A stretch of DNA of 64,000 bases from Octopus vulgaris (Eukaryota), in the NCBI GenBank assembly GCA_951406725.2, contig OX597816.1, forward strand, positions 93,744,001 through 93,808,000, in the 5' to 3' direction. The translations under genes were made by a program, and so were the position numbers. This document shows, in pieces, positions 1 through 12,547 of this stretch. The stretch's first letter is position 1. Every line of letters begins with the position of its first letter. A model generated the notes under the pieces. The model searched no databases. It had not been told where the DNA came from and saw only the letters and a program-made list of their open reading frames with translations.

Positions 1-138
1 GAAAGAAGAAAAGAAAGCAAAGGAAGAAGCTAACAATTCTTTTTCTTTCTCTCTTCTTCCTTTACATTATCTGTTTTGTCTTCATTTTTACTCTCACTCT
101 ACAATATTCATTGCACTATTTATTAATCTAATAATGCG

Positions 139-391
139 CCACACACACACTCACACACACACACACACACACTTACACACACACACAACACAAATGTGTA
201 TGTATGCTTGTATGTATCTATCACTTTCCATCTTACTCTTTCAATGTATGTATGTATGTATGTATGTATGTATGTATGTATGCATCTATGTATGTATGTA
301 TATACATACATGTATGTATACATATATATATACATATATATCTATACATATATATATACATATATCTATACATATATATATACATATATAC

Positions 392-426
<35 letters not shown>

Positions 427-487
427 CATATATATATACATATATCTATACACACATATATATACATATATATATGCATATATATAC

Positions 488-538
<51 letters not shown>

Positions 539-968
539 TACACATATCTGTGCTCGTACGCTTGCTTGTATGTATATATCTTTATTTTTCCAATTTTCTC
601 TTTATATTTCACCGCGACTACACACTCCTTCATCACCTACTTTCTCTCTCATACTTACATAAGACCTGTCGCCTAATCAAGATATATCGCCGTCTCTTGC
701 TCTTCTTATTAATTATCTGTTTATTCATCCATTTATCTATCTGTAGCTCTGTTTTATTTTCCTCATCTATTTCATTTCTCTCTCTCTCCTGCTCCCTCTC
801 TCCTTCTCCTTCCCTCCCCCCTCACTTTCTCTTTCGCTGCATTTGCTTATCTTTCTACCTACATATTCTCTTCATTTTTCTATCACTCTCTTACGCCATC
901 GCCTATAAATGACAATAACCTGCGATGTTTCCTTCCCTATCTCTCACACTGTCCTCTCTCCTCCTTAC

Positions 969-1051
<83 letters not shown>

Positions 1052-1159
1052 CCTACCTACCTATCCACCATTCATTTTTCTTTCTTGAAAGTTTTCTGTT
1101 TTGTGAAACCATTACCTCTTTCTTTCTCTTTCTCTCTCTCCCTATCTGCTTCACCCTCC

Positions 1160-1228
<69 letters not shown>

Positions 1229-1243
1229 CTCTCTCTGTCTGTC

Positions 1244-1305
<62 letters not shown>
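139..1305. repeat. Microsatellite block: (CA)n, (TATG)n, (TA)-rich, (CTAT)n, (CT)n
   Basis: Directly visible simple repeats. They explain all [16 protein letters not shown] ORFs in this interval. Confidence 0.97.
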
Positions 1306-1309
<4 letters not shown>

Positions 1310-1315
1310 CATATA

Positions 1316-2586
1316 GAGAGTTTGGACAAAATAATAGAAACACTTGGCATCATAGTATCATAATTTTGAAGTAGCTATATAACGCTCAAAAGCTTGTTTA
1401 TTTTTATGTGTTTTTATTTATTATAAGTGTTGCTTAATATGTTTTTCTAAAATTGCAGTTTCTTTTCAAATATCATCAGAAAAAGGTAATTAAAATTCAT
1501 TAAAATGACAGATCTATCGGACTTTTAAAGAGGTCAAATTCTTGGTGCTCGTATGGCAGGCGCTAGCGTAACGAAAACAGCCAAAATGTTTGGTGTATCA
1601 AGAATTATTGTCTCGAAAGTAATGACAGACTTTGAGAAAAGGGGGAAAACCTCCTCGTCGAAACAAAACTCTGGAATAAAACCAAAACTTTCTGATAGGG
1701 ACCGTCGAACTCTTACACGAATTGTTAGAAAGAATCACAAAAGTACTACTCCCATTATTACTGCAGAGTTTAATGACCACCTCGAGAACCCAGTTTCCAA
1801 AAAAAAACTGTTTGCGGGAGCTGCACAAAGCCGGATTTCACGAGAGGGCTGCAATTAGAAAACCACTACTTTCAAAAACAAACGTTGCAAAGCGTTTAGA
1901 ATTAAATAAAAACCTACAAAGTAGTGGAAGAATGTTATTTTCTCGGACGAGTCATCCTTTACCTTATTTCAGACCACTGGCTGAGTATACATGTGGAGAC
2001 AGCCAAAAGAGGCATTTGATCCAGACTGCCTTCTTCCAACTGTTAAACATGGAGGAGGAACTATGATGATCTCGGGGGTGGGGGGGGGCAATGTCTTGGA
2101 AATCCGCTGGCCCAATGGTTTCCCTTCATGGCAGAATTAATAGTCAATACTATTCAAGCATTTTATCTTATTAAATTCATCCTATGGTTGCATAACTGTT
2201 TCCAGGGGAAAACGTAATCTTTCAGGATGATAGTGCACCAATTCACACAACTAAAGTTGTTACTGAATGGTACGAGGAACATTCTAGTGAAGTTGAACAT
2301 CTTATCTGGTCACCACAGTCCCCAGATCTCAATATTATTTAACCTTTATGGTGCATTTTAGAAAAGCAAATAAAGAGTCAATATCCACCACCATCATCAC
2401 TACAAGAACTGGAGACTGTTTTAGCTGAAGAATGGACAAAAATTACTTTGGAAACAATTCAAACTTTGTACCAGTCCATACCTCACAGAATTCAAGCTGC
2501 AATTACTGCCAAAGGCGGTCCTACCTCATATTAAAATAAATTTGTTTGATATTTTAACATGTTTCCATTATTTTGTCCAACCCCTG
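1316..2586 (+). mobile_element. Full-length Tc1-superfamily DNA transposon with DD36E spacing (Incomer-like), inactivated
   Basis: 27-bp TIRs: 1316-1342 gagagtttggacaaaataatagaaaca and 2560-2586, whose reverse complement is caggggttggacaaaataatggaaaca. TA flanks both ends (1314-1315, 2587-2588). Length 1271 bp, containing a decayed transposase. Confidence 0.93.
1505..2534 (+). pseudogene. Tc1-like transposase pseudogene
   Basis: MTDLSDF*RGQILGARMAGASVTKTAKMFGVSR (paired-like HTH), FSDES near 1940, and FQDDSAPIH...WSPQSPDLNII*PLW...KGGPTSY*. Stops at 1526 and at the catalytic E codon (2340-2342), plus frameshifts. Confidence 0.93.
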
Positions 2587-2699
2587 TATATATATATATT
2601 CTATCTATCAATCTATCGACTTCTCTATCGAGCTATCTATCTATCTGTCTGTCTATCACTTAATGCCATCGATGGAACGTATACAAACACCCCCATTCT

Positions 2700-2869
2700 T
2701 GTTGGCGTCTTAAACCACGGACACACTGCACAGTTGCCAGGAGTCTCATAGGTCTAGGAACCCAATTTATATCTAAGTTTGAGCCCTATTTTATTGACTA
2801 GCTATCAATACTATAGGGCTCAGTGCACTGATTTGTTCGGAGGCCTTTAATGTTGCGAAGACGGCCCTG
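2700..2869. mobile_element. Small hAT-like MITE remnant
   Basis: Right end gaagacggccctg and degenerate left end ggcgtcttaa resemble CAGGGCCGTCTTAA-type hAT TIRs. No clear 8-bp TSD. Confidence 0.35.
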
Positions 2870-3020
2870 CTCATTATACAACAAAACTCATATAGTATAC
2901 AAATACAGGTATACTATATTAACACAATATTCGATGCGCTTCAAAAACACGGAGATGCACTTCGTAATGAAGCAGAAACTCGCATGAAAGTGTCAAAAAC
3001 AATTATAACTTAACTTAGGA

Positions 3021-3200
3021 ACAAGGCTAGAAATTTTGGGGTTGAGTGAGCTAGTCGATTAAAATAAACTGCAGTGATTGACTGTTACTTTATTTTATCG
3101 GTCTGGGAAAGACTGAAAGCAAGGTTATCCGAAATAGGATTTGAACACCGAGTCGAAACAAATAGCGCAAAGCATTATCCAACAATCTTACCATGCTGGT
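3021..3200 (-). mobile_element. SINE family A, degenerate copy
   Basis: Decayed reverse-complement match to the family A copies in this window. Confidence 0.6.
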
Positions 3201-3336
3201 AATCATCCACTTTGAAAATGATTTTAAAAAAAGGCTAAGCCGTAACTTACAAGTGATTGTCACCCGGTAACTTTTACCAGCTTTCAGCTGTAAATTGTTC
3301 ATAAGCACTTAAAACAACCAAATAATAGTAATAATA

Positions 3337-3552
3337 CTTTCTACTAAAGGCACAAGGCCTGAAATTTGGTTGGAGGGGACAAGTCGATTACATCGACTCC
3401 AGTGCGTAAGTAGTACTTATTTCATCGAAACGGAAAAGATGAAAGGCAAAGTCGAACTCAGGGGAATTTGAACTCAGAACGCAAGGACGGATGAAATGCC
3501 ACTAAAGCATTTTACCCGGCGTTCTAACGATTCTGCCGGCTCGCCACTTTAA
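3337..3552 (-). mobile_element. SINE family A (tRNA-derived, Meta-like central domain)
   Basis: Reverse complement of the family A pattern GGCGAGCTGGCAGAA...GAGTTCAAATTCC...GCCTTTCATCCTTTCG...GATAAATAAGTAC. Confidence 0.9.
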
Positions 3553-3609
3553 TAATAATAACCACAACAACAACAACAACATAAGCAACAGCAACAACAA
3601 CAACAACAA

Positions 3610-4590
3610 CTAACTGAACCCGTGAAAATTTCACAGAAAATATTAAAAAATGTAAGCATCTGAAAATTGCGTGCTGGTGCCATGAGAAATGTTTCTATAC
3701 TGTGACAGTTAAAGGCGACGAGCTGGCAGAAACGTTAGCACGCCGAGCGAAATGCGTAGCCATATTTCGTTTGCCGTTATGTTCTAAGTTCAAATTCCGC
3801 TAGGTCGACTTTGCCTTTCATCCTTTCGGGGTCGATAAATTACATACCAGTTACGCACTGGGGTCGATATAATCGACTTAATCCATTTGTCTGTCCTTGT
3901 TTGTCCCCTCTGTGTTTAGCCCCTTGTGGGTAGTAAAGAAATAGGTATTTCGTCTGTCTTTACGTTTTGAGTTCAAATTCTACCGAGGTTGACTTTGCTT
4001 TTCATCCTTTCGGGGTCGACCTAATCAACTGGCCCTTTCCCACCAAACATTTTAGGACTTGTGCCTATGATAAAAAAGTATATTGCGACAGGGCCACAAC
4101 CAGGGGTTGGGTAACATTGGCTCCAAATGAGGCGAATGAATACATTGAGGTATAGTTTCTGATGTTCTGTCTAAAGCTCATTCCTTCAATGTAGGTGTCC
4201 TCCAAAAGTTGTTTTAATGGAAACTTTACCATTATGGTAACAATTAAATGCTTCCTGCGGAAATCTACGTGCATAACAGTGCGGGCATACTACGTTCATC
4301 TCACCAATCGTAAATTGAGAATTTTGTTGTTCTTTTATTATATTCCGTCTTCTTATTTGAGCTCTGTCTGTCATAAGATAATTCTGTGTTTCATCTTCTT
4401 CCATATTTTACTTTCTTTCTTGAACTTTGTTTCTCATATTTTCTAAGTACAGCTGCCTTTGCACTTGACTCGTGTTCTCGATACTGTTGATCTCTATCTC
4501 TCTTATTTTGAAAATACACTTCTCTTTGGTCCTGGCGCATTTGTTCTATCCTTTGCTGGTTTCTTTCCTTTTCATGCCGAATATTCACAA
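3610..4590 (-). mobile_element. Helitron relic: RepHel N-terminal region plus 3' terminus, interrupted by a SINE
   Basis: Minus-strand FTIGEMNVVCPHCYARRFPQEAFNCYHNGKV (zinc finger) and FRQNIRNYTSMYSFASFGANV are typical of the Helitron RepHel N-terminus. A terminal hairpin (ccgtgaaaatttcacag, about 3620-3636) lies next to a degenerate CTAG (ctaa at 3610). Confidence 0.8.
3711..4078 (+). mobile_element. SINE family A with an internally repeated unit
   Basis: A/B-box-like head and a repeated body. Imperfect TSD tatactgtgacag (3696-3708) / tatattgcgacag (4079-4091). Confidence 0.92.
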
Positions 4591-6383
4591 GTCAGTAATG
4601 CACGGACACTGGACGAGTGCATGCAGGACGGTTTTATCGCCCTGCGCACACCTCGGACAAGTCCGTCCGACAGCTCTTCTGTGTCTGTAGAGCTTGTCTC
4701 GAACCGGCAGGGTTCCTCGGTAGCACTGCCAGGCCAGGGATTTCTGGTAGTTATCCATAGGTTGGCCGAAAGTCCTCCGGAAAAGACCAGTTGATTCTTC
4801 CCGACGCCCAGATTTTTCCCCGTGTACGTCGTAGCTCTTTCACTCCACTAGTCTCCTCTAGAACTCCATAGTGGAACTTCCACTGACCGCATTACCCGAC
4901 TGTAGCGCTTCCCGACATCCCGCGCAGGCGGTATTAGATGACGAAAGCGACGTACGCATTCGCCACCTCCGCTCGATCCTTCAGGGCCTGCTTCTTCTCT
5001 GCCCCTATATGGGTGAGATTGCCTAACCTACTCGTCACCTCCCCACAATTCTTATCCACCTGGACGTCTGGACCAAACTAGATCCCGAGCAATTTAACCG
5101 GTCCTTCCGTCCAGCGCCCTACAATACTGTCGGTTGGCATGGATCTGCCGCTCCAGGTGCCGAGCTGCAGGCCCACCGACTTCTCCTGGTTGATCTTTGT
5201 TCCCGTCATCGCTTCGTACTCCCTTAGAGATGTCCAATACTATTACTCAGACATCGTCCGCGTAAACCGACACGAAACTACCGCATCCTAGATCAAGCGG
5301 GATGCCCCTCGAAACATCCAGCTTCCGCAGCAATGGCTCGTGAGCCAGTACGTACAATAGAGGCAAGAGTGGGCATCCTTGACAGGCCAAACGAGCGATG
5401 CTAAATGATTACGATAGGTGGCCATTTACTTTGACGACCGAACAGATGTCGCTGTACATTGCGACAATCCAGCCTCTGAAAACGGGACCAAAACCCGCTG
5501 CTGGTGGTCGACGTTATGAAAAGCTTTCGATTGGTCCAAATTGATTAGAGCCCCATCCATGCCAAGCTCCTTGCCCACTTTCTCTATGATGTAACGCGTG
5601 GGGTGGAGGTTGTCGTGGATAGTTATGTTTGGGATAGCGCATGTATGCGCATCACCAACCAACTTATTGACAAGTGCCAATCTCTTGGTTAACCCTATGG
5701 CCAAAATCTTATAATCTGCATTCAGCAGATTTATAGGGCTAAACTTATCAATTTTGTCCCCCTTGTTCGGGTCCTTCCTCAACAGCACCACCACTCCACG
5801 GTTGACAGTACTGGAAGTTCTCCCGTTCTGCTGCTAGGTGTGGTAGACGCCTGCCAAGAGACCATCGAACAAGTCTGGCATATGAAAATAAAGCTCGAAG
5901 AGCAGACCATCCTGCCGAAGAGACTTCTTTTTTGCGCAGCTCGTCATCGCGTCCCGTATATCTTCGTCTGTTATCGGCATTTCGCAGAACTCCGCATCCC
6001 TGGCTGAGAGGTGCGGCACGCCACTGAGATAGGAGGTGAAATTCACCACCGTTCTAGAACCACCACACGCTCCATACAGTTCGGCGAAGTGATGCTGAAA
6101 TTCTGCACACGTCTGCTTGTACTCGGTTATCATGTGCCCATCACAGCTCGCCAAAGACCGAATTGTTGCTTTGTTTCCACATAGCGTCTCTGCCACCCGG
6201 GTCCATCAAATGGCTTTCGTCCCCTACCGTCTCAGCGTATGCGCCTTAGCTCTGACAACGGAAACTTTGTGTTTGGCATTGAAGAATTGATCAAAAGCCT
6301 TTCAATAAAAATGTAAAGAAGGCCGAAAAGATTTCAAACGCTTCTTCAACTTACGGAGCACCAAAATTTCACGACTTCGCAGT
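4590..6383 (-). mobile_element. L1/Tx1-clade LINE ORF2 fragment (RT plus C-terminal zinc knuckle), decayed
   Basis: VVLLRKDPNKGDKIDKFSPINLLNADYKILA, ALINLDQSKAF, QGCPL, YADDV (5250-5264) and CPRCAQGDKTVLHALVQC near 4600-4660. Many stops and frameshifts. Confidence 0.9.
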
Positions 6384-6392
6384 ATGGCAGCA

Positions 6393-6393
<1 letters not shown>

Positions 6394-6459
<66 letters not shown>

Positions 6460-6471
6460 TGATGATGATGA
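6394..6471. repeat. (TAA)n followed by (TGA)n microsatellite
   Basis: Directly visible. Confidence 0.97.
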
Positions 6472-6838
6472 TCTTGGAAATTTGTCTCAAACGACACAAA
6501 AACTTGTCAATAACCTGGATAGACTATAAAATTGCTTTTGATAGCCTATCACATAGCTGGATTAAGAAATGTCTGGAAATGTATAAAATACCACCTACTC
6601 TGCGAAACGTCTTGTCTGTAAGTAGGAGATTATGGAGAACCACACTGCCTTTAAACAGGGGCAATGAATCTCCCCATGCTGGAGATATAAGAATTTCATA
6701 TGGCATTTTCCAGGGTGACTCAATATCACTGCTCTTTTGTCTAGCCTTAATACCTCTCTCGAAATTGCACAATGATGTACAATACGGTTATAAAATGTTT
6801 GATAAAATATAAATCATCTCATTTACATGGATGATTTT
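6472..6838 (+). mobile_element. R4/Dong-like non-LTR retrotransposon RT fragment
   Basis: KNLSITWIDYKIAFDSLSHSWI...GIFQGDSISLLFCLALIPLS...INHLIYMDD. It starts directly after the (TAA)n tract. Confidence 0.85.
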
Positions 6839-8250
6839 GTCCGGAAGATATTTTCAAGCTTAAATTTTAACTTTCAGAGTCCTTTCAAAATTGTTTTTAT
6901 CCCCTATGTTTGTAACCACTTGAATGCCAACCGATTCTACAGAAGCTTGGCAAATTTACATTCTATTTTATTCAATATGAAAAAAAATATTATCTAATTT
7001 TAAAGTTAAAAAAATGCCGTTTTTTTCCCCTTCTGTGTTAGTGATTAAACCACCGGGATTCATATAACACAAGGAGGGTTAGTGAAAATATATAAATAAA
7101 TCAAACTCGAAATATCGAATTTAGCACTCAATGAAATAACGAATTAACTGACAGTCGAAAAGTACAAGAGGACCGACTTCTGTCATCTAGGTATAATGCC
7201 AATTGTATCGAGGAATAGTCGATTGAATCGAACCTTATCAAATGCTCTTCTTTCATCGACTGTTAATTGATAAAAGTTTAAAAAAGAATGTACATTAGAA
7301 GTTACCTAAAAAAAAAAAATTAACACCTAGGATTTTCATCAGCTAATATGAAATGATACAAACTCATATTTTTCTGAAGTTGAAATGAAATATCTCTTGT
7401 TAGTTTTACATGTTGTTATTGTCATTCTTATTACGGTTATAGCTGCTGCTACTGCTGCTGTTGTTGTTGCTGCTGCAACTACTACTGATGCTGCTACTGG
7501 TATTCAGAAAAATAAAACTTAACCAGTCAATAAAAGAGCTGCTGCAGTTGGTGGCAAATAAAATGATTAAGGTGCATCTAAACTTGTTTGTTTCAATGTT
7601 TCCTATATTCATCACTAGCTATTAATTTCAAGGGAAACCGCTAGCCTCTACGGCGACAGACAAGCTTGAATTCAGCTTTTCAGTATTACGAAGACTGATG
7701 TACAATTAATTGCCTTAAAGAGCTAAATTCCTTTACACTTCAGTTGGCTCTCCAACGAACTCCCGACGGAGAAGTATAGCTTTTTACAAGTTCCTTGCCA
7801 AATACCTCTGAAGAGCGCCCAACAAGAGTCTAAGAGGAGCCAGGTCTCCTCCTGCTGGAGCCTAAAGATTGTTACAAAATGAGATTTGTCTGCCAACATC
7901 GTGAAAACCTAAGATATTTCAAGCTAGAGATATATGCGTTGTTTATGTATGTGATTGTAACTGTGAGTATGCGAATAAAATAATATATATGTACGTAAAT
8001 ATCAGTGTCCGCGCGTGCCTTCAGAATTACTTGATTATTTTATGAGAATATATTTTCTAAACATTTTTGTTCTGCATTTTTACATTTTTTAGGACAAGTA
8101 GTTCTCAACAGCGACGGACAACGTGTTTTTACATAATTTTTTTCTTCTTTGCTTGTTTCTTAACAAGCTAAGTATAAAATATTAACAAATTTTCTGTATA
8201 TATGTACATACACATACACACACGCCAGCACACACACACACGCACACACA

Positions 8251-8312
<62 letters not shown>

Positions 8313-8469
8313 CAAACATACATATATGTATATGTATGTATATATGAATGTATATATACACACACACACACACATTTACACGGCGGTTTGTATTACTATC
8401 CAGTTATACGATGTTTTCGTTTATATTTTATTTTTAAAACTTGCGGTTAATCAGTGCTTTCTGATAACG

Positions 8470-8531
<62 letters not shown>

Positions 8532-8615
8532 ACACACATACATAAACATATATTCACACATACATACATACGCACACACACGCACTCATATACACGCACA
8601 CATATTTTATCGTTT

Positions 8616-8722
8616 ACTTATTTTAGTCATGCGACCATGCTGGGGCACCACTTTAAAATGCTTTTGTCGAACAAACCCACCCAAGTACATATTTCTTTTA
8701 AGACTGGTACTTATTCTATCTT
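8616..8722 (-). mobile_element. SINE family B, 3' fragment
   Basis: Reverse-complement match to the family B tail (ccccagcatggtcgca...). Confidence 0.7.
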
Positions 8723-9139
8723 TGTGTAAGTGCGCTTGCATATATATACGCGTGCATGCATTCTACTCATACGTTTTACACCTGTTCTTACATCCTGTTA
8801 CACACACTCTTGCATACGATTATATTTACGGAGATGTGTAAACCTCCGTGTGGGAGGGATCGCGTGCGCTGATACATTCATATCTGTGCGTGTATGCATA
8901 TACGTATACGTATGTAAATTTATACTTAAATATACTGACATACACACTGCCCTCCCACCTAAGTGGTTTACCCAACTTAATGTACTCTATATGCATGCTT
9001 ATGTGTATACGTATGTATGAGTATATGTATGTATTTCTCATACGCTGTCACTTTTGTAGAGAGATTGTTGGTTTAAGTTGCTGGATAATGTATGAGCTAC
9101 TTTTATTTCATTACTTCAGAGAGTCAATGTATATAAGAG

Positions 9140-9275
9140 GCGATGTGAAGCGTGGCTGTTTGGTAAGATGCTTGCTTCCCAGCTACATGGTTCCGGGTTC
9201 AGTCCTACTGCATGGTTCTTTGGGCAAGTGTCTTGTGAGTCGATTTGGTAGATGGACACCGAAAGATACCCGCTG
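9140..9275 (+). mobile_element. SINE family B, 5' fragment
   Basis: gtggctgtttggtaag...ggttccgggttcagtcc...ttgggcaagtgtctt. Confidence 0.75.
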
Positions 9276-9348
9276 TATATATATATACATACATATATAT
9301 CTATATATATATATATATACATATATACATATACATATACATATATAC

Positions 9349-9422
<74 letters not shown>

Positions 9423-9454
9423 GGGTGTATTTATGAAACAGTCGTACAATATAG

Positions 9455-9651
9455 TAGTTTCAAATTTTTGCACAAGGCCAGCAATTTCGAGCAGAGGGTG
9501 AGTCGATTCAATCGACCCCAATGTTCAAATGATACTTCTTTTATCAATCCCCAAGATGATTAAAGGCGAAGTCGACCTCGGCAGAATTTGAACTCAGAAC
9601 CCTAATAAATTTGTCCGGCGTGCTGACGATTCTGCTAGCTCGCCGCCTTAA
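9455..9651 (-). mobile_element. SINE family A
   Basis: Reverse-complement match to family A. Confidence 0.85.
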
Positions 9652-9911
9652 TAGTGCACTATATTAATATGCTGTATAGTGAAACTGTACACCACACCGC
9701 GTTAAAAAATTGTTGTAGCCAGCCATTATAAATAGACCTGTAGCCAGTCGACGAAAGAAGGTCAGGAGGTTGAGAGTACGTGTAGACTGTGTTGATAGTC
9801 GTGTCTGTGTTGATATAGTAATTATACAGAGTTATATGTTATAACGCTCCAACCTTTTGAGGACAATAACACTGTACGACTGATATCTTCGGAATATAAC
9901 AATATCTGTCA

Positions 9912-10054
9912 GAGCGACAACCATCGTCAAAAGACAGATACAAAAGTGATAAAGACCGCTTTACAACGTAATATAATTTTCATAGTACAAACAGTATCCA
10001 CTAAAAGCTCAATATGCTGGGTACAGTGGATACATGCACGCATATATACACAAA
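9912..10054 (-). repeat. Distal part of the left arm of an inverted paralog (partner 12934-13075)
   Basis: Its reverse complement (tttgtgtatatatgcgtgcatgtatccactgtaccc...gacgatggttgtcgc) aligns to 12934-13075 at roughly 85-90% identity by eye. Confidence 0.9.
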
Positions 10055-10690
10055 CTAGCAGTATCACCCGGCGTTGCTCGGGTTTGTAAGGGAAATAACT
10101 ATATAAGCATTTTTAGAGAGTTATAGCCAAAAAATAGCAAAAATGCATTAAAAATGGAAACAATATGATGGTAATTTTTTTTTAAATCGTTGACTCATCG
10201 TAGACATTTTTAGAGAGTTACTTCCCTTATATAATAGCGAAAAAATGCATTAAAATGGAGAAAAAAACGATGGTAATTTTTTTTTTAAATCGTAGACTCA
10301 TGTAGACGCTTTCTTAGCCATTTCTGTTTTGGTGTCTTCAAGCCATGAAGTCGTTGTTCTAAAAGAACACTGGTCTCCTTGACAACGCATTACGACGTTG
10401 ATTTCCTTACACTCCCTTCCCCACAGGTGCAGGTGTGAACGTGGACGCCAACTCCGCCGCCATCGACACACGAAAAATTATGCATTAAAATGGAATAAAA
10501 AATGATGTTAAATTATTTTTAAAATCGTAGACTCATCGTAGACGCGCGCTAATATTCAGACGGGCTCGATATGAATCACGACTATAAGCTACCCGAATTT
10601 GGTTAAACTGCACCGCAAAATGTGGGAGTAGTTAGGAATCTAAATCGAAGGGGACAGACACTCACACAATTACAGTTTTATATATATAGA
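10055..10690 (-). mobile_element. Non-autonomous Helitron family H1, copy 1
   Basis: 5' TCTATATATATAAAA, 3' hairpin plus CTAG. Near-identical to 40192-40704 apart from an internal duplication and a 37-bp deletion. Confidence 0.9.
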
Positions 10691-10699
10691 TATACATAG

Positions 10700-11065
10700 C
10701 GCAGTAGTGGTGAGATGTGACAGCAAAGAAAAGCATACATTCACTCTCTGCATGCAATTAGACTCGGAAAGTTCGTGAGGAACCCATTGACCCAATTTGC
10801 TGACTTTTCCGATAGCACACAGGTGTCAATGAATGGTTGAATGACCAAATCCAAGCTTCTCTGCTAGTTCCTCAACAGTTACGATGATATTTTGTTCCAC
10901 CAGGGTTTTCAGGATGTCCTTGTCGAGTTCTACAGATCTTTCAGGATGAGGCTCGTCTTCTAGGCTGTAGTTTATGGCTCGGGATTTCTGGAACCACCAT
11001 TGACACTGCCTTACGCTTATTGTCCAATCCCCATATACTGCATTAATATTTCTTGTACTTTGCAC
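10700..11065 (-). pseudogene. Mariner transposase N-terminal (HTH) fragment, no TIRs
   Basis: STRNINAVYGDWTISVRQCQWWFQK...SLEDEPHPERSVELDKDILKTLVEQN...TVEELAEKLGFGHSTIH*HL...KLGQWVPHELS (WVPHEL motif). Confidence 0.9.
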
Positions 11066-11222
11066 ACATTTATATTCTGTTATTCTTTTATATGTTTCAG
11101 CCTTGAGGTTGTGGCCATGCTGTCTGTCTGTCTGTATGTATATATGTATATGTATGTGTGTGGACAATAATATTTTCAACAGATGTGTTGCAAATGTATC
11201 TGATTGTTCTCAAGCTTCAATA

Positions 11223-11345
11223 CTGTGTGTGTGTGTATGTGTGTGTGTGTATGTATGTATGTATATGTATGTATGTATGTATATGTATGTATGTATGTAT
11301 GTATGTGTGTATGTATGTATGTGTGTGTGTATGTATGTGTGTGTA

Positions 11346-11378
<33 letters not shown>

Positions 11379-11418
11379 ATGTATGTATGTATGTATGTAT
11401 GTATGTATGAGTGTATGT
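11223..11418. repeat. (TG)n/(TATG)n microsatellite
   Basis: Directly visible. Confidence 0.95.
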
Positions 11419-11429
11419 TTACTTTATTA

Positions 11430-11872
11430 CTAACACAAGCCACTACGGTTATTTAATGAAAGTCTTCCTCAAATCACTCTCTCTCTCGCTATTTTCACTC
11501 ACTCTTAGCTCTTAGCTTCCCATACATTTTACTCATGTATCTATCAGCGTCATAGACAGAATACTTTCAGTTTAGTCTTCCTCAAATCACTCTGTCGCTA
11601 TTTACTTTCATTTTATTCGTTGCCCACTGTGTGTGTGCGTTTGCGTGTGGTGTAAACCAGACTAAGAAAAGCATTTGACACACACACCAGAATGTGAGTT
11701 TTCTGTAAATTTTGCTTAATTGGAGTTTAAATTTTAAAAACTGGACCTGGCATGACGCGATGCATTGTACTCTTAAAAATGCTAGGTAAATTGTAATTGA
11801 AGAAATCGTATATTGTAGATTTGTATAACTCCCAAAGGGAGGCAGATAAAATCTGCCTTTTATAATAAGAGA
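11430..11872 (-). mobile_element. Helitron family H2 module with a degenerate 3' end
   Basis: 5' TC start and an internal direct repeat agtcttcctcaaatcactct (11461, 11574). The putative 3' end reads TTAG instead of CTAG and has no good hairpin. Confidence 0.55.
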
Positions 11873-12547
11873 TGATGGCTGCAGACTCGTGTTCGAGCAT
11901 TACCATTGCCTGATCGAAAGTTCTACACATGCGAAGGCTACAACCATCCATTTTTGAGATAGGTCTTCCTTTTTTTGAAGCAATGCCTGTGCATGACGAT
12001 TTTTTATAGTGGGGGAAAGGATTTGCATAAATCCAATCCCACTTTTAGGACATGGATGACATAAACTCGAAAAGAAGAATTAGTCTATATCATCGAATAT
12101 TGCCAGTGTCGTAGGTTTTCTCTCAGAGTTTCCTTCTCCCAAAGAGATGCTGTGACAACAACCGAAGGACCTCCCACTCTCAGTGGACAAACTGCGCGCC
12201 TGGAAACCAAACCAAGGTATTTCCACGTCCCCGTGAATACATACATGCATACATACACTTGTACGTACATGCAAAAATACATTGTTGGATGGCCGTTGAT
12301 TTCTCATGAGCTCTCCCGCTCTTTGAAGTGTCTTATTTTTCGTCTTGCAGGGTGCCCAACAATCACCCTCTTCACCAAGCAAGCTTGGTGGGGTTGCCAC
12401 TTTAGTCGCCAATGAACCGACCATGCAACAGGTTGTACTGGGTTACATGTTACCAGTAGCGCAGAAGAGCGAACTTGCAAAACCTGACGAGCAACCATAC
12501 ATACATAGAGACAGACAGACTGAGCGACTGACTGACAGGTAGACATT

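Larger units (their letters stand above)
10055..11872 (-). mobile_element. Composite non-autonomous Helitron with captured DNA
   Basis: The minus strand begins TC (TCTCTTATTATAAAAGGCAG at 11872) and ends with hairpin CCCGAGCAACGCCGGG plus CTAG (10055). It sits between A and T with no TSD, and the empty site is seen in the paralog at 12933|12934. Confidence 0.8.

Noticed and set aside
123-1374. Long ORFs (up to 238 aa) rich in YI, HT, SL and ER
   Set aside because: Translations of microsatellites. The same applies to similar ORFs throughout the window.
9670-9901. Solo-LTR-like segment (TG...ACA with a TATA-like tataaata)
   Set aside because: No matching TSD, second copy, PBS or PPT could be found.
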